NCBI RefSeq assembly: GCF_023169545.1 | Contig: NZ_AP019769.1 | Location: 360,001 to 392,000 of the forward strand | Source of the DNA: Nanobdella aerobiophila | GTDB taxonomy: Archaea > Nanobdellota > Nanobdellia > Nanobdellales > Nanobdellaceae | Direction: 5' to 3' | Length of the DNA: 32,000 nt | Part shown: piece by piece, positions 18,017 to 24,272 of the stretch | How positions within the stretch are numbered: position 1 is the stretch's first letter | Layout: each line of letters opens with the position of its first letter | Translations under genes and position numbers: made by a program | Notes under the pieces: generated by a model | Seen by the model: the letters and a program-made list of their open reading frames with translations, nothing else | Told to the model about the DNA's origin: nothing | Databases searched by the model: none

Positions 18017-18087
18017 CGCCCCCGCCGGGATTTGAACCCGGGTCGCGGGATCGACAGTCCCGTATGCTGCCACTACACCACGGGGGC
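18017..18087 (-). tRNA. tRNA-Asp (anticodon GUC); no intron, CCA not encoded
   Basis: Reverse complement: GCCCCCG...CGGGA-CUGUCGA-UCCCG...CCGGG-UUCAAAU-CCCGG-CGGGGGC-G. About 70% G+C by my count. It starts 1 nt after the PfkB stop, on the opposite strand. Confidence 0.9.
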
Positions 18088-18115
18088 AGATTTCTATTTA
18101 TATTCTCATTAATTT

Positions 18116-18649
18116 TTATAAACTATTAAATATAAATCTCTTTATATTTATATAATTGTAGATAGTATAATTTCTTTTATATAATTTTAGCAAATCAAAT
18201 ATTTTATTATTACCAATATTATAATATTTTATTATATATTGTAAGAATTGGGTTAGATTAGATGGTCTTTCCTTTATTGTTGCTCTTTCCCAATCTATAA
18301 GATATATATTATCATCTTTTAATATTATATGGTAGTAAGGTCTTGTAAATTCTCTCTTTTCTATACCTAGCCGATCTAACAAAAATAATATATCTAATAA
18401 TTTTTCTAGATAGTCTATTTTTTTACTTCTATCTATATATTTAAAATATATACCATCAATATATTCCATCTCTATCTCTAAATTATTATTGTCATAACTC
18501 AATATTTTAGGAACAAAAGAATAGTTTCTTAAAAAGTTTAAGAAAAATTTTTCCTTATTGTAATTTAATAACAAATCTTTATTAAATTTTTTAATTATTG
18601 TATTTCTATCAGTTAAAAAGATATGTGAATGTTTTCCTCTAAAAATCAT
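18116..18649 (-). CDS. Small atypical protein-kinase-like protein (RIO/Bud32-related, resembling the archaeal predicted Ser/Thr kinase family)
   Basis: 177 aa. Gly-loop-like FRGKHSHIF, Lys in IIKKF, hinge EMEYIDG, then REFTRPYYHIILKDDNIYLIDWERA...PSNLTQFLQYI. The canonical HxD is replaced, and DWE stands in place of DFG. ATGA overlap with the thrS stop. Confidence 0.5.
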   Translation of the reverse strand: MIFRGKHSHIFLTDRNTIIKKFNKDLLLNYNKEKFFLNFLRNYSFVPKILSYDNNNLEIEMEYIDGIYFKYIDRSKKIDYLEKLLDILFLLDRLGIEKREFTRPYYHIILKDDNIYLIDWERATIKERPSNLTQFLQYIIKYYNIGNNKIFDLLKLYKRNYTIYNYINIKRFIFNSL

Positions 18650-20016
18650 TCAAAAATAAAATTAAAATCTTCATAAATCCTATAATTTCTTCCATTTAAA
18701 TCATACACTGGCTTTTCTAACTTATTTATTATATCATATATCTTGTTTTTATCTCCCTTTATTTCTTCAATATTCTTTGATTCCTGATTATAATATTTTA
18801 TAGTATAAATATTATCTTTAGTTTCCTTTTCTCCAATATATATAATTATAGATGGCTTGTAACTCGATTCCAGTATTCTTATCGTATTACTTAATTCAAC
18901 TTTAGATGAATTTATTATAACCGCTCTCAACTTACCATTTACGAATTCCTTATATAAATTATTTGAATATTCTTCAATACTCTTATCTTTTGCTCCGTCT
19001 CCTGTCTTTATCTTTACTACAGCTATTTGTATAGGATTCAATGTAAATGGTAACCTACCTTTAAAGGACTCTAGATATGCGCCACTAAATCTTTCTATAG
19101 ATCCTATATATGCTTTGTGTATTATATATAAATTATCTTTATCTAATGTTTCCTTTAATAGATCTAATAATCTAAAATTCCTGGGCAAATTAAAATCTAA
19201 TTGTATTGTACCAAGCTGCCATTCCTTTTCACCAATCTTTAATGTAAAATCAAACTTTGGTCCATAAAATGCGGCCTCTCCAATGCCCTCATATGTAGCA
19301 AAATTATATTTCTTCGCTAATTTATTCATTACATTTCTCATTATATTTTCTACATATTCCCAGTCTTCCTTTTTACCAGAATATTCATTCATCTTATTTG
19401 GATCATGCAGACTTAATCTAACCTTAAAATCAGACTTCTTTAGATCTATTAAGAAAACTCTATCATATAACAAAATCATTTCTTCTAATAATTTCTCGAT
19501 TTCAGACTCTAATTGTTCTGGTAATATAAATATGTGGGAGTCATCTTGTGTAAAAGATCTGACTCTTAATAGTCCATATACACTGCCTGAGGGTTCATAC
19601 CTATGTACAGTACCAAGTTCAAATATCCTAAATGGAAGTTTTAATTTTCTATATTTTTCTAGTATGTTTATAAAGATTAGTATATGATGTGGGCAATTCA
19701 TAGGTTTTATAGAAAACTGTTCTTCTTCTATATTAAATATATACATATTATCCTTGTAGTATGATAGATGTCCTGATATATTATATAATTCTGTATTTGT
19801 TATAATAGGTGTTCTTGCAATATAATAATTTCTATTTAAATAAAAGTCTGTTAATATTTGACTCAATATATTATAATATAATCCTCCTCCTAAAGAAAAT
19901 AATTGTAATCCTTTCCCAATTAAGTCTCCAAAATTTTTGTTTAAATTTGCTATCCTTCTATCATGTCTTGCCAAGATATCTAGTTCATCTCCTATATCTA
20001 TATGGTCTTTATCCAT
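18646..20016 (-). CDS. thrS: Threonyl-tRNA synthetase with catalytic and anticodon-binding domains only (no editing domain)
   Basis: 456 aa. It starts at the DH..IG.ELDL entry to the class II core. It has FSIKPMNCPHHILIF (zinc Cys), FTQDDSHIF and a C-terminal anticodon-binding fold. No TGS or editing region lies upstream. Confidence 0.9.
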   Translation of the reverse strand: MDKDHIDIGDELDILARHDRRIANLNKNFGDLIGKGLQLFSLGGGLYYNILSQILTDFYLNRNYYIARTPIITNTELYNISGHLSYYKDNMYIFNIEEEQFSIKPMNCPHHILIFINILEKYRKLKLPFRIFELGTVHRYEPSGSVYGLLRVRSFTQDDSHIFILPEQLESEIEKLLEEMILLYDRVFLIDLKKSDFKVRLSLHDPNKMNEYSGKKEDWEYVENIMRNVMNKLAKKYNFATYEGIGEAAFYGPKFDFTLKIGEKEWQLGTIQLDFNLPRNFRLLDLLKETLDKDNLYIIHKAYIGSIERFSGAYLESFKGRLPFTLNPIQIAVVKIKTGDGAKDKSIEEYSNNLYKEFVNGKLRAVIINSSKVELSNTIRILESSYKPSIIIYIGEKETKDNIYTIKYYNQESKNIEEIKGDKNKIYDIINKLEKPVYDLNGRNYRIYEDFNFIFE

Positions 20017-20038
20017 ATATATTTAGAAAAAAATAAAT

Positions 20039-20488
20039 TTATATATTAATATTATCTATTTCATAGTATATTATATTCCTTTCAATATCTAATATTGCCA
20101 ATATAATACTGGTAATATTATATTTATCAAATATTGATATTATATCATCTATTTCTATAAATTCATATTCATATATTGTATATATGAATTCCTTATTATT
20201 GAGCAAAATAAATTTATCCTTTATTTTTACATTATATCCTTTATCTCTTAAATCCTCAAATACATAATATTTCTTAAAATCTATAATATTATTATATTTT
20301 TCTATAAAATCTACAAAATTTCTTATATTATCTAATTTTGCCCATCCTTTCTTTAATATATATAATACTTCCTCTGGTTCTAGGTATATATAATCACCAC
20401 CTAGATAACCTATTCTTCCTATTTTATCATAATAATTTTTTTCTAATACAAATTTATTATCTTTCAATTTTATTATAGCTTTCTCCAT
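20039..20488 (-). CDS. tRNA-splicing endonuclease structural (beta) subunit
   Basis: 149 aa. It has an EndA-like YVFEDLRDKGYNVKIKDKF segment but lacks the G.KFG.DF motif and the catalytic His and Lys. It overlaps the catalytic-subunit gene by 16 nt. Confidence 0.6.
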   Translation of the reverse strand: MEKAIIKLKDNKFVLEKNYYDKIGRIGYLGGDYIYLEPEEVLYILKKGWAKLDNIRNFVDFIEKYNNIIDFKKYYVFEDLRDKGYNVKIKDKFILLNNKEFIYTIYEYEFIEIDDIISIFDKYNITSIILAILDIERNIIYYEIDNINI

Positions 20489-20898
20489 TTTACTTCTAGA
20501 AATATATCTTTATCTTTTTTTATACAATATAAAATATTCTTTCTAGTACTATGTGCAACTCTATTTTTTGATAAAAAATCATATGTATCTATTTTCTCTT
20601 TATCTTTTATTGGTATCCCTATCCATTTAGAATGTTCATTTATATTTTCATAAATCCTAAATACCCCACCAAATTTTAATCCAGTACTAACAATATAATT
20701 TTTATCTCTAAAAAGTTTATAGAAATGGTAATATAACCCTATCTTTTCATCTTTTAAGAAGTAGTTAATATCTAGCTTTTTTCCCTGATCATTATATACC
20801 TCTATTTTCTTATTTTCTAATAAATATAATCCTTCATAAAAATAAATAATTTTATCTTTATCCAAAAATATACCATTTTTATATAATATGCTTTTCAT
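20473..20898 (-). CDS. endA: tRNA-splicing endonuclease catalytic (alpha) subunit
   Basis: 141 aa. FRDKNYIVSTGLKFGGVFRIYENINEHSKW...RVAHSTRKNILYCI carries the Tyr/His/Lys triad. His and Lys are 31 residues apart, as in characterised EndA. Confidence 0.75.
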   Translation of the reverse strand: MKSILYKNGIFLDKDKIIYFYEGLYLLENKKIEVYNDQGKKLDINYFLKDEKIGLYYHFYKLFRDKNYIVSTGLKFGGVFRIYENINEHSKWIGIPIKDKEKIDTYDFLSKNRVAHSTRKNILYCIKKDKDIFLEVKWRKL

Positions 20899-21112
20899 AT
20901 AAATATTCTTTATATAAAAAATCTTTATTTAATATATATAAAAAATTTATGAATAATATGATAACATTGATATAAATAAATATATTATTTGTAGATATTA
21001 TATTTCATGAACTATATGTATATATATTATATGCATTACCATAATATATTAAAATAAAGGTTTTGTAAGAGTTAGAAAATATTTTGTTATACAAATATGA
21101 TTAAAAAATTTA

Positions 21113-21185
21113 TGCCGTCGGAGGGAGTTGAACCCTCGACCTGTGGATTACAAGTCCACCGCTCTACCAACTGAGCTACGACGGC
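21113..21185 (-). tRNA. tRNA-Thr (anticodon UGU); no intron, CCA not encoded
   Basis: Reverse complement: GCCGUCG-UA-GCUC...GAGC-G-GUGGA-CUUGUAA-UCCAC-AGGUC-GAGGG-UUCAACU-CCCUC-CGACGGC-A. Confidence 0.9.
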
Positions 21186-21236
21186 ATTAATAAAAGTATA
21201 TAATAAAAGTTAAATTAAAAAATTAATATTTTATCT

Positions 21237-22088
21237 TCAGCTTCCTCCTAAAGATACTACAGAATCTGCCAAAACGGTAGGTATAGCACCTCCGTATTGG
21301 GCGGCATATCCATTTACTGGAGTTATTTGTAAATTATAATTTTCATCAGTAACTAATCCGGATGGTATATAATATATTAATTCGTAATTCTCTCCTGTAG
21401 TTAAATATACGCTTTCCTGATTTACTGCTAATCCAATTACTGCATATGGATCTTGTATTCCTGCTTCATTCATAGATTGCAAGAACTGGAATACCTGACT
21501 TATAGATAGTGGAACTCCAATAACTGAACTATTTATATTAATAGAACATGAAGATAAAGTATTATTTATATAACTAAAATTAATATATATATACTGATTT
21601 GATATATTTGTTAAAGTATTACATATATTTGTATTATTTATAGTAACATTTTCTACATTAACCTGATCATTGTACATAAATCCAGATATTAATATACTTC
21701 CACCCTCCAGAACACCATATATAGATGTTGGTTCATAATTTGATGGAGAGTATGAATAAACATTACCATTACTGGTGGTTAATAATGAATCTACCTCTTC
21801 TAGATTTATTGGACCAGAACCTGGCATTAATGATACAACAGGACCCATACCTGTAATTTCTTGTAGATAATTATCTAACTGTCCAGTATTTGGATTATAT
21901 TGGTATCCAAACATCTGGGTTATCTGCATTCCAGTTGTAATTCTACTTTCTGCTTGCTGTCCTGTCTGTAATGCTTTTGCTTGTAATGCACTTGCTGTAT
22001 ATATTACAACTCCTGCTGCCACTGCCGCTGTTACTATAATTGCTATTAATATTATTAATGTCGATAGACCAAACTGACCCTTTGCCAT
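21237..22088 (-). CDS. flaB: Archaellin (FlaB/ArlB family)
   Basis: 283 aa. Class III signal peptide MAKGQ followed by FGLSTLIILIAIIVTAAVAAGVVIY, then ALQAKALQTGQQAESRITTGMQI. Internal V.L.PGSGPINL and a C-terminal ITPVNG pattern are typical of archaellins. Confidence 0.8.
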   Translation of the reverse strand: MAKGQFGLSTLIILIAIIVTAAVAAGVVIYTASALQAKALQTGQQAESRITTGMQITQMFGYQYNPNTGQLDNYLQEITGMGPVVSLMPGSGPINLEEVDSLLTTSNGNVYSYSPSNYEPTSIYGVLEGGSILISGFMYNDQVNVENVTINNTNICNTLTNISNQYIYINFSYINNTLSSCSININSSVIGVPLSISQVFQFLQSMNEAGIQDPYAVIGLAVNQESVYLTTGENYELIYYIPSGLVTDENYNLQITPVNGYAAQYGGAIPTVLADSVVSLGGS

Positions 22089-22110
22089 AATATACTAACA
22101 TTTATTGATC

Positions 22111-22118
22111 ATTATAAA
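22111..22118 (-). promoter_or_regulatory. Candidate TATA box for the archaellin gene (implies a leaderless mRNA)
   Basis: The minus strand reads TTTATAAT at -30 to -23 relative to the A of the ATG at 22088. TATA-like strings are common in this AT-rich DNA, so the support is weak. Confidence 0.3.
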
Positions 22119-22136
22119 TTTATCTGTAGTAGGTAG

Positions 22137-23243
22137 TTATTTTTTTAAGGTAAATATCGTTTCCATATGAAATGTATTTGGAAACTGGTCAATCAGGATT
22201 TTATTATTTATCTTATATCCGGCATTTATAAAGTAATCTATATCTCTTTTCTGAGTTTCTGGATAACAAGAAATATAAATAATATCTTTTGGATAAGAGT
22301 TAATTATCTTTTTTATAACGCCCTTACCCAATCCAGATCTTGGAGGATCTACAATTATTTTATCGGCACTTATCTTTTCTATATCTTCAACTCTAGACAA
22401 TAGGAATCTTAGATTTTTTATATTATTTATATTCTTATTTACCTCGAACATTTTTTTATTTTCAATACTATTATCTATAGCATATACATAATTAGAATAT
22501 TTAGATAATTCTATTGCATAAAATCCAGAACCAGAATATAGATCATATACTATATCATTTTCTTTTATATTTGATAGTTCTTTCACATATTTTAATAATA
22601 TTTCTGCTGTATAGCTATTTGGCTGGTAAAAATTATTAGGAGATATATAATATATATTATCTAAAGCCTTTTCTTTTATATAATTATTATTATTTAAATT
22701 ATAGTTAATATCCCCATACGATACATCAGATATCGTATTATTTATAGTCCAGTAAAAAGAGTTTACATATTTTTTTATTTCTTTATAAAATTCTAGAAAT
22801 ATATTCTTATAATATTCTATATTTTCTGTATTAGAGGTTACAATATTCACCATTCTCTCATTAGTAAATTTACCTTCTCTTATTACTATATACCTTATAA
22901 AACCAGTATGATCTATATTATTCCAGGGTTCTAATTTATTATTTATAATAAAATCTCTAAATCTATTTCTTATAATATTTGATTCTTCTGACTGTAAATA
23001 ACATTCATCTATATCTATATAAGAATACCATTTTTTGTATTCTTTTAATCCAACTTCATAATTTTTACCTACAGCATAATCCATTCTATTTCTATAATAA
23101 AATATTTTTGGAGATTTAATTACTTCATCTGGTTCTAAATTAAAAATTTCTATAAATTTATTTATTTTGTATTCTATTTGTTTATTATACGATAAATTTT
23201 GTATTTGACATCCTCCACATTTATTAAAGTATTTACATATCAT
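22137..23243 (-). CDS. RumA/TrmA-type RNA (uracil-C5)-methyltransferase, TRAM-less (probable tRNA m5U54 enzyme)
   Basis: The track start at 23306 is a TTG, so I prefer the ATG at 23243 (MICKYFNKCGGCQIQ). Fe-S Cys cluster C-x5-C-x2-C plus IDECY, SAM-binding DLYSGSGFYAIE, IIVDPPRSGLGK, and the catalytic Cys in YISCYPET. Confidence 0.85.
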   Translation of the reverse strand: MICKYFNKCGGCQIQNLSYNKQIEYKINKFIEIFNLEPDEVIKSPKIFYYRNRMDYAVGKNYEVGLKEYKKWYSYIDIDECYLQSEESNIIRNRFRDFIINNKLEPWNNIDHTGFIRYIVIREGKFTNERMVNIVTSNTENIEYYKNIFLEFYKEIKKYVNSFYWTINNTISDVSYGDINYNLNNNNYIKEKALDNIYYISPNNFYQPNSYTAEILLKYVKELSNIKENDIVYDLYSGSGFYAIELSKYSNYVYAIDNSIENKKMFEVNKNINNIKNLRFLLSRVEDIEKISADKIIVDPPRSGLGKGVIKKIINSYPKDIIYISCYPETQKRDIDYFINAGYKINNKILIDQFPNTFHMETIFTLKK

Positions 23244-23274
23244 AATATAGAAATAATAAGAGTGCTTAAAATAA

Positions 23275-23561
23275 TATATAATATATGATATTGCAAATGA
23301 ATACAATATTAAAATAGATAAAATTATATTATTTGGATCTAGAGCTAGGGAGATTATAGAGGAAATTCGGATTATGATATATTAATTTTAATAGATGAAG
23401 AACTAAAATCAAGAGAAAAAATAAATTTTTGATATGAAATATATAAAAGAATACCATTTCCAGTAGATATAATCATAGTATCAAAAAATATATTCGAAAA
23501 ATACAAGGACTCCTATAGATATATTTATAAATATGCGATAAATGAAGGAATAAAAATATGA
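23275..23561 (+). pseudogene. Decayed minimal nucleotidyltransferase (MNT, antitoxin-type) gene
   Basis: It reads ...KIILFGSRAR, then a frameshift near 23350, then DYRGNSDYDILILIDEELKSREKINF. An in-frame TGA follows at 23430-23432, then YEIYKRIPFPVDIIIVSK...NEGIKI and the stop at 23559-23561. No start codon or N-terminus remains. Confidence 0.7.
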
Positions 23562-23940
23562 AAGAAAGATACTCATAACTAGATAAAGAAAGTAGATACT
23601 GATCTAGAGATATGTAAAAAATTATATAAAGAAAAATATTATGATTATCCAAGATATCTCGCTCAACAATCAGTAGAGGAATATTTAAAGGCGTTTTTAA
23701 TAGAAAATAATATAGATTATCCAAAAACTCTTGATATAAAGCAACTAATAAAAATATGCAAGGATATTAATAAAGATTTTGAATACTTATATAAAATTTA
23801 TGTAGATAAGTTGACTATATATTCTACCGAAACAAGATATCAAGAATATGATTTTATTTTTAATGAAGAAGATGCTAGAAACGATAGATATTGCTAAAAA
23901 AGTTAGGGAATTCATATATAAAAAATTAAATATAAAGTGA
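23558..23940 (+). pseudogene. Decayed HEPN-domain (toxin-type) gene paired with the MNT remnant
   Basis: The ATG at 23558 overlaps the MNT stop (ATGA), but that frame stops after 6 codons. The body, in another frame, has a TAG at 23580-23582 and then reads VDTDLEICKKLYKEKYYDYPRYLAQQSVEEYLKAFL...ETRYQEY. The tail ETIDIAKKVREFIYKKLNIK is in a third frame. Confidence 0.65.
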
Positions 23941-24266
23941 AGGTATTTATTTTTTAATTATAAAATGTAATAAAAATATATATAAATATTGGAAAATTAG
24001 GAAGAATAAAGTTTGGACCTGGTTATTATATTTATATAGAATCTGCATTAAATAATTTAAAAAAAAAGAATTCAAAGACATTTAAAGAAAAATAAGAAAG
24101 TACATCAGCATATTGATTACCTAACAACAAATGAAAACTTTAAAATAATAGAAGTTTATTACATTAAAACAAATGAAAAAAATTGAATGTAAGATATCAA
24201 GAATTTGGAAATTTTGATTGTAAAGGTAATTCACATTTATTTTATTCTAAAAATTTGAAAAAATAG
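23936..24266 (+). pseudogene. Decayed DUF123 / GIY-YIG (Uri-superfamily) endonuclease-like gene
   Basis: Fragments lie in three frames: GIYFLIIKCNKNIY; INIGKLGRIKFGPGYYIYIESALNNLKK; RIQRHLKKNKKVHQHIDYL...; EFGNFDCKGNSHLFYS. One frame change coincides with an A9 run at 24059-24067. Confidence 0.6.
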
Positions 24267-24272
24267 AAAAAA

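Noticed and set aside
19283-20036. Plus-strand ORFs 19283-19687 and 19809-20036
   Set aside because: They are antisense to thrS. Their composition is the mirror of the thrS codons.
20899-21112. The 214-nt intergenic spacer as a possible small RNA (for example a C/D box sRNA) or small ORF
   Set aside because: There is no CUGA D box on either strand and no GC-rich structured core like the tRNAs. The only ATG-initiated frames are 7-16 codons long. It probably holds just the endA promoter and the tRNA-Thr terminator region.
23430-23432. In-frame TGA in the MNT remnant as possible recoding or an alternative genetic code
   Set aside because: TGA is used as a normal stop by rps6e, sufB, thrS and the 283-aa archaellin gene in this window. 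The same remnant also carries a frameshift and lacks a start codon, so decay is the simpler explanation.
23473-23724. 83-aa minus-strand ORF in the decayed region
   Set aside because: The plus strand here carries the recognisable MNT and HEPN remnants. The minus ORF is Y/L/I-rich with no motif.
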